The notes beneath the pieces are model-generated. The model saw only the letters and a program-made list of their open reading frames with translations. It had not been told where the DNA came from and made no database searches. Positions 42,006-56,730 of a DNA stretch of 64,000 bases are shown piece after piece. A program made the translations under genes and the position numbers. The stretch is from the human T2T-CHM13v2.0 reference genome, Homo sapiens. Each line of letters opens with the position of its first letter. Positions within the stretch are counted from its first letter, which is position 1. The stretch lies in the NCBI RefSeq assembly GCF_009914755.1, contig NC_060942.1. One strand, 5' to 3'.

Positions 42006-44028
42006 CTGTAGAAAAAAAATGAAAAGCCAGCATCTCAAGTCTTATCTCTTTTTTGGATTAACACATACCATTAAACAGGAGGTATACTGATGGTAATATT
42101 AAATAAACCAAACCAAAATGCATGTCCTCCTTATTGTACCTAAGATCAACTTCATATATAAAGGGAATTTATTTATTTAATCAAAAGAATATCTTGGTTC
42201 AAGAGCATATTCAGCAAAATCATATACTCCGGCCTTTATGGAAATAGGTCCTCTTTACTTTCAACTATTCATCTATAAAATGTATAGGTATGTTGTGAAA
42301 TAATTGTTTAGTCATCAACATGACCAATATAAATCATAATATGTATTATTCCTGAACCCCTATAGCATGTCCTGAATATTATGATTTTGCTACAATAAGT
42401 AGCTCTCTGTTTGAATATACTTAATTCCAGTTCTTAGGTTGGAAAAAAAGAAAGAGAGAAAAGGAGGGAGAGAGAGAAATATTGACTATGTTAGAAGAAA
42501 AGTAGTCTTGAGGCCCAACATTGTGGCTTTTACTTTGAGAGATTAAACATCTTGTAATTCTAACCCGTTTCGGATGCCCGAAGTCACTAAGCTATGAAAC
42601 TGACTGATGAATCAATGATTGTTTCAGGAAAAGCAAGCTTCACGTATTTGGGATTTAAACAAAATGGCATGACACCTCAATGCATATTTTCTAAGAAATT
42701 TGAAATTATACCTAACTAAGACTTTCCAAACCCGATAAGTATTTATCAGAACTTGTTGACTTGAAGGCCATGGTATATTAGCAAATGGTGATAATTTTAG
42801 GTAGCTTTGATTGAAGAGCTTATTTGAGATCCATGTGAACAGTCTCACTGAAATAACATAAATTAAAGAAAGAAAATATGTTATCAGCCAGTAAATACAG
42901 TTTTTCTCTCACAACTGTGAAATAGTGAGATGACTGGCCTGTTTATATTCTTTTCATTCTAACAAATACACGTAGGATAAAATACACCAAATACTATTAT
43001 GATTCCTCTATTAATACCATTTTCTTTACTTATATCAGTTGTGCTGAAGCACACACATTCACATGCATATGGTCATTCTAAGGTCTGTTTTCCTTCCTGG
43101 TTCTGTCGGCTTCCATTTTAGGTCGTTTATGCTGCTGTCTGTATCGATGTCTGTCAAACTAGCCAGTAGGTTGTGTCAGTTAACTCCATATTGCCTTCTG
43201 AAATGATTCTGAGAGCAATCTGAGTGCCATTTTTGCTTTGAGGTACAGATTTCTTTTCAAACCAATGAAGGTTCCATTACTGCAAGGAATAGATTTCTTT
43301 CTCTATCAGAATCAGAGTGGTTTATTGTCTCTTTGATACTGCAGGATTTTCTTTCAGAGAACTTTTTCTATTTTAGCAGGATATCCCTTTCTTGCCCTAA
43401 AGATCAGCTATTTTCTAAACCAGCATCTCCCTTAAAGGGCAATATACTAATTTTAATAATACATTTATTAGATAAAACATCATCTCTGTAAGCATTGAAA
43501 CATCCTATTAATATTAACATACAATGAAATAGTCACACAGCTGTGTTTTCTTTGGTCCTTGACCCCAGGATTTTTGGAACCAGTAATTAATTAAATTAAC
43601 TAATCAATTAACTAATTTGGTACAAGAGTCTGGAACAGAGTCGTGTCTGCACTGGAAGCAAGTGGAAGATTTTATTTGGGCCCGGCAGACTCCATAGAAC
43701 TACCACTGTGACTACTCAAGAATGTCAATTGATGATATCTTTCCTTTATTTCAAATTCCTACTCAGCTTTTTATAACCCAAGACATAAAAATCTAAATTC
43801 TTTAGCATACTACACAGGTCTGAGTATGATCTGAAACTGCCCCAACTTCCAGCAAACTTCATTCCTTGCTGCTCTACCCTCCAGTGCTTTACTTGACCAT
43901 TCCCAGAACATGCCTTGAGATCACACCTTGATGTTTTTGTATTATGCTGTTCCCTTTGTGAATGTTCCTTTTTTCCCCCTTGGGTTTGGGAAACTTAGCC
44001 TTCCACACTCATAGTAAGTATTGCCATG

Positions 44029-44428
44029 TGTATTAGTCCATTCTCACACTGCTATAACGATACACCTGAGACTGGGTGATTGATAAAGAAAAGAGGCTTA
44101 ATTGGCTCACAGTTCTTCAGGCTGTAGAGGCTTCTGCTTCTGGGGAGGCCTCAGGAAACTTCTAGTTATAGAGGAAAGCAAAGGGGAAGCAGACACATGT
44201 TCACATGGCTGGAAGGAGAGACAGAGAGAGAGTGAAGTGGGAGGTGCTACATACTTTCACATAACCAGATCTTATGAGAACTCTATCACAAGACAGCATA
44301 GGGGGATAGTGCTAAACCACTGGAAACCACCCTCATGATACAATCATCTCCCACTAGGCCTACTTCCAACGCTGGGGATTACAATTTGACATGAGATTTG
44401 GGTGGGGACATAGAGCCAAACCATATCA
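44029..44428 (-). mobile_element. MSTA MaLR solo LTR with perfect TSD, within L2 remnants
   Basis: tgtattagtccattctcacactgctata...ccaaaccatatca; TSD CCATG at 44024-44028 and 44429-44433. Confidence 0.92.
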
Positions 44429-45420
44429 CCATGACAAGGGGGTAGGCCAGATGAAGTCAGATATTCATTTCAATAGCTCCAGTAGAATTGGGTCCATTCC
44501 ACTATGGTACTGCCTTGTGTAGTGTCTGGCCACATGACTTATCTCTACATTAGACCAGAAAGTCTTTGAGGGCAGACTACAAGTCTTAATGACCTTTATA
44601 GACTTGTGCTTAGCATGGTGCTTGGCACACAACAGATGTCCAATCAGTCTCTATTGTTCAATGGCTATCTTTCTGGGCTAAAGTACAATGTGAAATACAT
44701 TTTCTTTATTCATTATAGTTTCTTATGCAACTAAATTTGTCTCTTAAGAATTAAAAAGCAAGTTATTTTTTCATTTCACATTTAAAGGATTAAACTTAAC
44801 AAAGCCCTTTTAAGAAGGCTTCACTAAAACTTGCACTCATTGATTTATGTGAATTGCTATATTATTCTGTTGCACTATAAACACAACTGTAATATTGACA
44901 GAAAATAGATCATCAAGGGAAGTCCAGATGTGTTTGGTTTTATGTTTTTCATTTCACTTCTTCTTGACAATAGAAGACAGAGTTGAAGGGATAGACTCAA
45001 TGCTTAGACTTACACTAATGAACAATTGCTGTGATAACCATCAGTCAAGGTTAGAAGATCAAAATTAATATCTATATACATTTACATTCTACAAAGGTCT
45101 TTTATATACCTTTTCCTTTTTGCCTCTCATAATAGCCTTTTAAATTAAATAGACAAGCAGACATTGTTATATGCTCATTGTACAGATAAGGATGCGGATG
45201 CCATGGTGCATATTCATGAGTAACTGACGATTCTGGGACACAAATGCAGGGCTCCTGGCTGAAAACCTTTCTCTTTCACTACACTGCACAGCATCCTTTA
45301 TTCTGTGAATCTGACTACCTACAGATTCCTTTTAATAAGTAAAACCATCTATTTCTCACTCACACTTTCATAGCTGATGTATTTTTCTTTCTTATACTGT
45401 TTTCCCCTCCCTCCCTTTTG

Positions 45421-45715
45421 TTTTCTCCAAGACAGAATCTCACTCTGTCACCCAGCCCAGAGTGCAGTGGTGCTATCACAGCTCCCTGCAGCCTCAATGT
45501 CCCAGGCTCAAGCCACTGTCCCACCTCAGCATCCTGAGTAGCTGAGACTTCAGACATGTGTCATCATGTTCTGCTAATTATTTTATGCTATTTTTTGTAG
45601 AGATGGGGTCCCACTGTGTTGTCCAGACTGGTCTCAAACTCCTGGGCTCAAGTGATCCTCCTGCCTTGGCTCCCAAAGTGCTGGGATTGGCATTACAGGC
45701 TGAGCCACTGTGCCG
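45421..45715 (-). mobile_element. AluJ
   Basis: ctgcagcctcaatgtcccaggctcaag...cctgggctcaagtgatcctcctgcc; flanking near-TSD cccctccctcccttttg. Confidence 0.9.
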
Positions 45716-46149
45716 CCCCTCTCCTCCCTTTTGAATTACTTCAGTTATTTCTGCCTGGGCTCAAAAAAACTTGAGGTAGGAGACTGGCATTTTGTTATGA
45801 AAGTAAAACACTCTCAAGTTTTAGAGATATTCTAATTCAAAAGGAAACTTTAGTAATGCCAACTGAATGTGCTGGTAAAAAGATGTGCAAGCAAAATAGT
45901 TACATTCATTCATATTCAAAATATGAGTAAACTTCATATGAGGATAGCCAACATCCTCAAATTTCATTTTATTTCTCTTTTCTGGGAACATTAACAGAAT
46001 TGAAATTGTGGGGTCAACTTTCAAATACATTAAAAGCTTGAAATTTTACCAAAACATGCAAAATTTACAACTGAAGTTTGAAATTTTGCTATATTAGAGG
46101 TAAAAATCCATCTTTATGAACATTTTATTATAATTAAAATAAAGACATT

Positions 46150-46380
46150 TAAAAGAAAATGTAGCGGTTCAAAATCTGGATCGTAGAATTAGACATGACT
46201 AAGTTTTTTTTCCAAACTCTGTAATTTACTATGTGATTTTAGGCAACTTACATATATACTTTTTGAACCTTAGTTTACTCACCGGTAAGACAGGTTGAGG
46301 TTTGGATCATATTAGATAATTTCTGTAAAGCATATCAGTAACAAAAACATGTGCAAAATAAAAGATTGTTATTGTTATGA
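46150..46380 (+). mobile_element. MIR SINE (degraded)
   Basis: ctatgtgattttaggcaacttac...gaaccttagtttactcaccggtaa. Confidence 0.55.
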
Positions 46381-46802
46381 CATTAGGCTAATTTATCCCT
46401 TTGTTCGTTTTAATACACCATTTTAGGGTCTCAGGTACCATTGATATGCACCTCTGAATAACATGAAAATAACCTACACACTCAATCTTCTAATCTAACT
46501 TTCTTTTCTAAATTCTCTTCCCTATTTCTCTCAAAGGCCTGTGAGCTGCACAACACAATGGTAGGATTATAAGTGAGCCAAGGATGTAGGAACTACATTT
46601 CAAGCTTTCTTCGACATAAATTGAACTAATGGTCAATTATTTTAGGTTCTCAAGAAAATCAATAATTTATTTTTCATTCCAGAAAGATTTTATGCAGCTC
46701 CAGATAGTCAGAAAATCATCCGCTATGAATGGTGAGGCAAGTTTTTATTTAATTTTGAAAACACCAAAATATTTTTTTAACTTCTTTAAAAATATAGGCA
46801 TA

Positions 46803-47218
46803 TGATATGGTTTGAATATGTGTCTCCATACAAATATAATATTAAGTAATTTCCAATGCTGCAGGTGGGGTCTGGTGGGAGGTGATTGGATCGTGGGGGT
46901 GGTTTCTCATGGCTTAACATCACCTCCCTTTTTGCTGTCCTCGCGATAGTGAGTTCTTGTGAGATCTGCTTGTTTGAAAATGTGTGGCACCGCCCCCATC
47001 TCTCTCTTCCTTGTGCTCCGGTCATGTGAAGTGCTGGCTCCCCCTTCGCCTTCCACCAAGATTGTAAGTTTTCTGAGGCCTCCCCGGAAGCCAAACAGAT
47101 GCCAGCATTATGCTTCCTGTACAACCTGCAGAACCGTGAACCAGTTAAACTTGTTTTCTTAATAAATTACCCAGTCTCAGGTATTTCTTTATAGGCAATG
47201 TGAGAATGGGCTTATACA
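46803..47218 (+). mobile_element. MSTA MaLR solo LTR with perfect TSD
   Basis: tgatatggtttg...aaattacccagtctcaggtatttctttata...taca; TSD GCATA at 46798-46802 and 47219-47223. Confidence 0.92.
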
Positions 47219-48666
47219 GCATACCTTTTGAAAACCACCCACATAGTATTCATAAATTGAATATATAATTTGAATATATTATCCATATTTATAGACCATG
47301 TTTGTCCTCATACACTTGTATCATTGTGAATTATAATAGATAATTCTTATCTCTGACATCAACATTTTAAGGTGATAAAATGTTATGGGAAAACAAAATG
47401 AATCAACCTTTGGATTATCTTTTTCAATCAAAAGCATTTTTGAGAGCACTGAAATTAAAGCAAGTTTTAAAAGATGCTACTTGTGACTATTAAGTAGGAA
47501 TTATTAATAATTATACTATACCCTTTCACTCTAGTAAGTTATACTTGATTATGTTCTAGATATTTCCCTTATCTTGAGAAAGTGAAACCTCTACATTTTT
47601 TTTAAATCACCTCACCATCAAGTACTGAACAGCACAGTGTTATAGCATCGCTTAATTTCTGTGTGTGTAATCTAGCAGAATTTAAGACAATACACGCCAA
47701 TTAACTGGTATAGAAGCATGCAGGTATAAGCAAATCGTGCCTGCTAAATTGGGATATTCGAAGGAAAGCAAAAGTATTTTTAGCAAGGAATTCAAATGTT
47801 CAAATGGTATAATATTTACAGTCTAGGTAGAAAGAATGCTATCACATTTTAAAAATATATCCCTAGAAGTTTATACAAAGTACCTATCTCTATCTGTCAG
47901 GAGAATGTTTGTGGGCCTTCTGGATCAGATGAATTTTCTTTCTTCCTGTGTGTTTTTGGGAATGCATTCTGCATTTCCCATGTCTTTTATTTCTTGGGCT
48001 CCTTCCTCTCAATTTGGCTCTACATGATGGCCTAGTGAGTTTCCCCACGTTTTCTTCCTTGCAGCTACCAAATCAAGCACACATGTTCTTCCATAGATGA
48101 ACTAATCACTGTGGGTAAACCCTGGGAGTCATAAAAATAACTGCAATTTCAGATAGCCTGGGGTCTTGGTGTCCTTAAGAGCTACATTACTTCTATTTCA
48201 ATCTGTCACTCCCCACTGCACTAATATTCCTGCTGAATCTCTACCTGATTTCTACAATGCACTAGAAACACACGAAAGGAGAAACAGCAAAACAAAACCC
48301 CCAAAACCTCCTACGTGACCTTTATAGTAGAAATGGAGGGGGTGGTTTTTATCCAGCACTGCAGACACATTGAAAGTGAGTGTAAAATGGCCTGATGTCG
48401 AACTTTCCCATGCTGTTATTTAGGCATCACTGCTTTCATTCACCTCCACACTCTTCCTGTGCGTTGCAGATGTGGCCCTTGAGCTCACCTCTTTTCACAT
48501 TGCCTCATTCCCAATAAGTCAAGGACTTCTTTGTCTAGTCATTCCCTAGACAAAGACTTCCTTCCTGGGAGTTCTTATACTATGTGGTTTAATTTTGTTT
48601 TTACTATACTGCAACATTAAATGGCTAAGTTACCAAAGTTAAAAACAGATTAATAAGCATGCACTA

Positions 48667-49088
48667 TGGTGTGCCTCTCAGGACCTTCTGGAAAACTGAA
48701 AAATGTGCTTTCCCATTTCTGATAGTACTGCTGGCAGATGGCCCTCAGTTGTCAGCCCTCTTCTAGGGTTGCCTCCCAAGGCTAAAACCTTCCTAGGGCT
48801 GCACACATCCAGTGGCATATCTATACTGGGCTATATAGGCGTGTCTGCAACCCCACCCTTGGGCTTCAATTTGGGACCACCCTGAAGGACCAATATAGTT
48901 TTCTAGTTTCCTCAGGTATCAGTTGAGAACCTTTGTTGACACTTCATGGCAGCCCAACTTCTCCCTCTACCTAATCTGGCTTCTTTCCCTTTCTTTCCAC
49001 AAACATAAATCCTTAAATTATTCATGATAAACTTTCTGCACGCTAATCTCAATCTCAGTATGCTTCCTTTGGAGCCCATCCTGGGACA
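48667..49088 (+). mobile_element. LTR16-type ERVL solo LTR
   Basis: gcccaacttctccctctacctaatctggcttc...ataaactttctgcacgctaatctcaatctcag...gaca. Confidence 0.65.
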
Positions 49089-49893
49089 GGTTCTTAATTA
49101 GTGTTCCTCCATATGGTTACCAACTGTCTAAATCAGATGAGACCCCAACAATACTTTTAGGCAAATCCAGACTCGCTCTTCTCTTGGGTAATCCTGCATG
49201 GCGGGTTCAGTTGCTCAGACTGTGGTCTTGGGTATATTGGTGTGGGAGCCAGGCAGTATTTTCAAAAGGTCCCTAGAAATTCTAATATGTAGTAAGTTTA
49301 GGGATCACTGGCCAATAAGCTCAACCATTATCCATCAAGTCCTTCCACCTTCCTGGATGCCTCTTATTGTAAAGAACCCTTGCCAACTCTTTGGAGCTTT
49401 TTCTTGTGCTTTATTTGGACAATAGTTTTGTTTTATGCTCATTTGAGGAGCCATGTTTTTTCCACCCTGAGACTAATGAGTGACTTCAGTCTCCTTGGCT
49501 CCCATTATAGTTCCTCCATTCTTCAAGGTCACTACATGATTTATTCACATATTGCATCTTTCCTAGAGGACTAGTCACGTGAGAAATAAGGTTTGACAAT
49601 AGAAGAATCAATTTAACATGCAAAAACAGTAAAAGACAGTATCCTTCAAAGGACAAAATAGCAGTTTGTCACACCATTTAATAATTTTGTCTCACCATTA
49701 AGAAGTCATAATTACAATAAATTATTGCAACTGCAAGAAAAACAAAATCAACAAGCAAACATATCCTGGAACAAAAGAACAAATGAATAGCTCCATCTCT
49801 GACCTGTTTCTCTGGGTTGTGCCATCAGTACATTCTGAGATAGCTAAGTATTGGCTTTTAGTTTGTAGGAGAGATACATACATACATAGCTGA

Positions 49894-50215
<322 letters not shown>

Positions 50216-52129
50216 AAGTCCCACCTTTTTTATGATACATATGCCATTTTTCCAAGTTATTGATTTAATATTTAAAACCTAACATTTATACAGCCTTTTC
50301 CAGTTTATAAAATACCTTCACATCAATGGTCTCATTTCACATTCTTCAGTTGTGCTAAATGATTTCATAAACTTGATGATACTGGTATTAAGTTCTTGTA
50401 AAGAATGTGATTCTGATTAACGAAAGCAATTAGATATATTTGCTTCTATGCCCTGTATATCCAGTTATTAAAGTTTAATGTTGCATGATGACCTAATTTC
50501 TGAAAGATTCCTATACATGCAGCCAAAGGGTTTAAGAGGAATGATACTATTAAGAAGGGAAATATTAGAAAGTAGATATAGAATTAGGTGAGCCAGGCTA
50601 AAATAGATGGTTCTGCTAACATAGCTGAGTTATTAAATCTGCACTTTTTATGCCAAAGTCCACAAGGAAAATCTCCAGAGTAATAAAGTTTGATCTCTTT
50701 AGGATCTATCACTTCCAGGCAATTTAATCGATTTTCAGAATTTCTGTGTTTCCAAGTTTCCTGGATGTACTTGGATATTCTTCCAGAGCTGGCAATTAAG
50801 GAAACAAAGTTAACAGGTGCTGAAGCATTCTGGAAACTGGGACCAGAAATCAAGTACAATTCTACTTCCATAAACTTGACTATAAGGGCCAAATAAATTA
50901 TATAAAACATATTTAATGCTGCTTTTAATAATGGTAAAAAGTTCAAAACCTGGAATGCAGAAAACTTAGATTTTTTATTTTTTATGAGGTAGGATAAACT
51001 CTCTTACCCACATAAGTGTGTATACTGGAAGGGCAAAAAGAATATGTATGTTAGAATTACAAAGTTCTTATGGAAGTTCTGTCTGAAGTCTTTTCAAATA
51101 ATGTTTGAAAAAATATGAGAATAACCTGAAACTTAAAAAGCTTTTTGAGAGTGAAACATTTTCTTTCTTTGTAAATTATAAAAGGCTATAGTGTAACAAT
51201 TATAGGTAGGTAGATAAACATGAACATGTCTTCCTAATAATAGATAACAATAGCTAACTTGTAATGGTGTGGTTACAATGCTCCAGGTGTCCCCTATTCC
51301 ACAGACAAGGACACAGAGAGAATGAACAAATTATCTGAAGTTATGCAGCCATTAAAGGGCACAGGTGGGATTTGAACCTAGGGAGAATCATACCAGTCTG
51401 TACCTCTGGCCATGTTTAATTTCTTCTCAAGGCACTTGAGGATGTTGCAGTGCTCTGGAAGGCCAAGAGTTAGTATATTAGAAAAACAAATGTTTTTTAT
51501 CCAAGCTATGCTGCATAAAGAAACAGAAGAAAAGATTCATCTTTCTTAGTGGAGAAGAAAATGAGTTTCTGCTAGCAGACTACATGTTCCCCCAGAGCCC
51601 GGAAATGTTACTTTGATTTCCAAAATTGTTCAGCTTACAACTGGAAAATGAAACATGTCGGCCAGAGATGGTAGGTAGGTCTTGTTTTGTGTATGAACGA
51701 GATTGTCCATAGTGGCTGTGTGAGTGCGCCTGGCAGCTTTCTAGGCCCTGGAGAGACTGATGAGTAAGAACGCTAGGAATGTGTCAGTCTTGGTGCAAGC
51801 AGTCAAGGAACTTAGTGAGTATAATAAACCATTATGTTTTCTAAAAGTTTCCTCTTGTCCTGAGGTCTCCCATTCATCTCCTTCCCCACCACACACCCAC
51901 ACTTCTATGCTTGTGTTTCACAGGGTATTATGGTTCCTTGTAAATTATGTGATTCATTCGTAGAGTTTAGAATGAACTAAATTAAAGATTTAATTTAGGT
52001 ATATAAATATTTGACTATCTGAACACCCCAAAATGGCGATCCTATGTGGTTCAACTAATACACACGTGGTACTATGCAAAAGAGCCACTCTTTCTTTTAT
52101 TCACTCAGCCCTCTGTCTTTTCACTCAGT

Positions 52130-52575
52130 GTCTTCTAGAGATAAGTAAGTGTGAGCTCTGGAGCTAGACAGTTGGGCTTAATAAATCATGGCTCTGCCAC
52201 TGACTAGCTCAGTGTCAGTGGACAAGCCACATAACTTCTCCTAATAGAGCTTCTCCATCTCAAGAAATCAGGAAAAATAAAAGTGACCTTATATACCTTA
52301 ATATGTATTTCATAGACTCAGACACTCTGATGCTAGTGCTTTACTGATGTTACCAAAAAGCATCAACGTAAAGTTTTCACACAACTACAGCACCTTGCTG
52401 GGGTAACGCTATTAACTGTATGCAGCTTCTTGATCTTAGAATTGTTAAAATGTGGGAAGTAATGATGAGTCTATAAGACGTGATGAAGTAATTACTATAA
52501 ATATTAAATGAATTAATATGCCAAGTCCACAGCCCAGTATCTATGCACCTGGAAAGAACTCAGTATTAATAAAAT
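52130..52575 (+). mobile_element. MIR SINE split by ~200 bp of other sequence
   Basis: gagctctggagctagacag...ggctctgccactgactagct; tail attaaatgaattaatatg at ~52500. Confidence 0.6.
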
Positions 52576-53516
52576 CCATCCATGTTGTTGGATGGGTTTC
52601 TGTGTAGGGGTTTACACAAGACTGGCAATAGTTTTGGTTCAACGCAGTCTCTGAGGCCATGTTTTCTACAACCACAAAAGAGGTCCACTTTAATTTATAT
52701 TGTTCACATGAGGCCTGAAGAGATGAGGCTTTGATTTAGTTTTATTTATTCCAAAGGTTGCAGAGTTACTAGTGCAGTGGTATGAAACTAGGTATTCCAG
52801 GTGAAAAAACTGTGGGACAAAAGGAAAACATTTCCGTCAGTCTGTGGTGGTTGATGCTTTTTTAGATACCTAAAGATTAAGATGGAGATAAAACAGGAGA
52901 AAATGAAACAAAAAAATTATTACAATAGTATCAGCCTCTGAATATAAAAGCGATTTAAAATGAAAATAAAAATATTCTCATTCAATGTTTTGCTGCTGAC
53001 CACGGATGTTAACAAAATGTCTTTACCATATATAATAAAAAACTATTAGAAAAAAGCAGCAAACTCTAAAATTTCAATATGCAAACTACCTTTCTCACAA
53101 AGTAGAAACTAGAAAAATAAGCTGTCACTGATAAATATATATGTATTAACCTACAAGATAAAGGTCAACATTCTTAAACTTGCAGTTTTTTATTCAATGT
53201 TCCTTAGTTGCAGAGAAAGATCAAGTAAATTACTGTAGAAGCTGACATCCATTTCATAATTAAGTTAGCCATTAATTCCTGAATTCCTGAATATATGAAT
53301 ACTTTTTTGAATTACTCGAGGTCAGCATGTCCAAAGTTTAAAACCTGATTAAATGAATCTAATATATCAAATATATGTTGGCTTACAGTAACAGAATACC
53401 TCAAAGGATGTCTGTCTCCCATCATGTTTCTGATTCACAAACATGTTCTAATCAACAGGCTTCACCTCTTCTCCTCCTTCTGCCTCCTCATCCAAGAGTG
53501 GGCACTTAAAATATCA

Positions 53517-53803
53517 GGTCAGGTGTGGTGGCTCATGTTGCATGTAATCCCAGTGATTTGAGAGGCTGAAGTGGAGGATCACTTCAGGCTAGGAGTTCAA
53601 GACCAGCTTTGGCAACATAGTGAGACTTCCTTTCTAAAAAAAAAAAAAAAAAAAAAAGGCCAGGCACACCCTAGTCCCAGCTACTCAGGAGCCTGAGGTA
53701 TGAGGATGTCTTGAGCCCAAGAAGTTTGAGGCGGCTGCAGTGAGCTATGATCATGCCACCGCACTCCAGATTGGGTGCCACAGCAAGACCCTGTCTAAAA
53801 AAA
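53517..53803 (+). mobile_element. AluJ
   Basis: ggaggatcacttcaggctaggagttcaagaccag; ctgcagtgagctatgatcatgccacc. Confidence 0.9.
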
Positions 53804-54204
53804 CTGTAATTCTCATGTAGGCTTAGTTTTTGCTAAAACAATCATAAAATATATATTCTCAGATTTTAAGTTGTACCTATCGTTAGCATATCCATTTGTT
53901 GTACTAGAAATTGAAGGTACTGGAATTGCTTTAAATATACAAATAATCTCTCTCAAACTTGTTTTAGCTGCTGTAGCATCATCTTTTTCCACCCACCCAG
54001 TGCTTAATTAGGCTAAGAAGCAGAAAAAATGGTGATGTGTGAGTTCTTACTACAAACCTTACAGAAGTACTGACGATCAATGAAAAAGCAAGACCCGTAA
54101 GACTGAATTTGCTGCATGAAAAAAAAGAGAAGTGCTCTTGCTTTCTCCCCTCTGAGTCCTTTCATAATGGGGGTCAATCAACTGATACTTTCCAGGAAGG
54201 AAGA

Positions 54205-54236
<32 letters not shown>

Positions 54237-56515
54237 TGCTTGTTGTTGCTAAGGATATGGTGATAATAACTGTCAGGTAGTTTATATTTGTATGATCTCA
54301 AAGTCATCTTGTATGAGTCAAAAAAGTGACAGTTCAGGATCACATGAACTCTAAGGTCTTCCAGTTTTCCTTATGAGTTAGTCTTCCAACTTTTCCTTTG
54401 AATATGAAAAATGATACTTTCTCCCCCCAGTAAGGAAAAAACTTTTAAATCAAAACATAAAGCTACAATGCGGTAAACATGAGAGGGAAAAGGAGCCTGG
54501 TTGTTGAATGTCTCTTCTTTTTAATACCATCAGGGTCCATTAACACGCTGGTGACCTGGAGATACCCTGAAGAGCTGTGGGAACAACCAGTGAGAGCCTA
54601 GTTTATTGAGGTCACAACTCAAAATGCAGGATTGTTATTGGCTTAAAAGGAGGTAAACTGCAAAAATCAAATCATTGTCTGGACTGATGTTTTACCAATC
54701 CACTGTTACAGTGTCTGTTTGAAAATGGCATTGAAATGAAAGTTTTAGGACATACATGTTGTTTAAAATGTAGAAGGAAAAATTATTCAAGTTATTAACA
54801 ATGAAGAGATGGACATGCTACATCAGACTAAAATCACACACATATTTGGCTAAACAAACAAAAAATCAGCAAAAGAAAGCAGGTATGGCTATATTAATAT
54901 GGAATAATGTGGAATTTAGAACTGAAGGTACTGAAAGTTACTGAGCAAGGACTGGTAAAAGTTACAATCCAAGTTTTAAGCACATATCATCATGGTCTGG
55001 AAATACATCCAAAAAGCTCATGGGAAATGTTAATAAATCCCTTTCAAGAACTGATAAACCAAATGGAAGTAAAACATTAGTATCTGAAAAACAAATTAAT
55101 AGGCTTGGAGAAATGTGTACCCAATAACCAAATGAATAAATATTCTGTATCGATAAATATAAAGCTGGTTCTCTTAATAGAATAATAATATTTGACTACC
55201 CTGATGAAGAAAAAAGTAAAAAAGAAAAAAGGGAGAAAGAAAACATAACCTAAGGTATGATACAGATTTTATGAAGATAATACTGTATGGAATTTTCTAT
55301 TGATACATTTTTTAAAAGCTAGATTCTGCAAGAGACTTTTCAGGAAAATGTAAATTGTGAAACATGTTCAAAAATAAGTGCAATATCAGAATTATACCTA
55401 TTCCTACTGAAGAAAACCTATCCCCAAAATGATAAAATTGTAGGAGAATTTGAGCATTTTTAATGGAGAGTTCATTGTGATGTATATAATCCAGAGCATA
55501 GGAAAAATGGCAATCTTCCTAATTACTTATTGTAGGCTAGCATAAGCCTAAGACTAACGTTGAGCAAAATATTGAAAAAACAAAGTATAAGATAACCACA
55601 TATAACTTAAAATTCCTGAGTAATATAGCAGCAAATAAAATATATCAACCCATTAAAAGAATAACATTATGACCAAGTAGGTTTATTCCAGGAAAGTTCA
55701 ATTCAATATTAGAAAATCTAATGGCATTAATGATGTAATTCACTCTTATTAATGGGCTAATACACAATCATCTATGTAGATGAAGAAAGTGTTATAAAAT
55801 TCAACATGTACATACAAAATTTCAAGGTAAGTGAAGTATAAACTGGTATCTATACTAAATGCTATGCATAATCGTGAAACATACAAAGCCTTCCTATTAT
55901 AGTCAGGAATAATAAAACAATGCTTGTAATGATCACTGCTACTAATGGTACAGAAAAAAAAAATACTATTCATCTTGGAAAAGGGAAAAAACTGTCATTA
56001 ATTGCCGTTATGATTGTTTGTCAGGAAAATCCAAGAGAATCGCCAAAAAGCTATTAAAAGTAATACAACAGTAAAATAAGACAGTAACAGGAGAAATAAA
56101 AGTTGATAAATCTCCAACAGAGCAGTAAAGTATCACTAGAAAAAATGCTATAAAAAGTAGAGCCCACTCATAATAGCAATGAAAATTATTAGAGTGTAAT
56201 AAAATGAGATGTTTAGTGAAATTCCATGAAAGTATATACAATGTGAAAAGTGAGAATATTATAGTATTGGATAGAATAGTAAATGAAACTGTTAGCTTTT
56301 CACAATTCAATCAAATTTTGAATAAAATTTGTTATGGAACTTCACAAAATAATTCTACAATTTATGCACAAGAGAAAATGCGAAAAAAAGAACGTAAGAA
56401 ATTTTAAGAGGCTTCTTCAGAACTGATAATTTAGTGTAAAAATTGAGTATTGTACAGGAATTTAAAGGTCAATGGAATAGAAGATCCGGAAACAAACACA
56501 TGCTTATATGACAAC

Positions 56516-56730
56516 TGTGATGTAAGTATGTGATATAAGTATATGTGATATAAGTATATGTGATATAAGTGTATATGATGTAAGTATATGTGATTATGTG
56601 ATGTAAGCATATGTGATATAAGTGTATATGATGTAAGTATATGTGATATAAGTATGTGATGTAAGTATATGTGATATAAGTATATGTGATGTAAGTATAT
56701 GTGATATAAGTGTATGTGATATAAGTGTGT
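56516..56730. repeat. Minisatellite, ~15-bp unit TGTGATATAAGTATA, ~14-15 copies
   Basis: Direct reading; produces YITYT/HIYLY repeats in the ORF track. Confidence 0.92.

Noticed and set aside
50584-50946. 120-aa ORF in apparently unique DNA
   Set aside because: Non-ATG start, no domain similarity, composition expected from AT-rich chance ORFs
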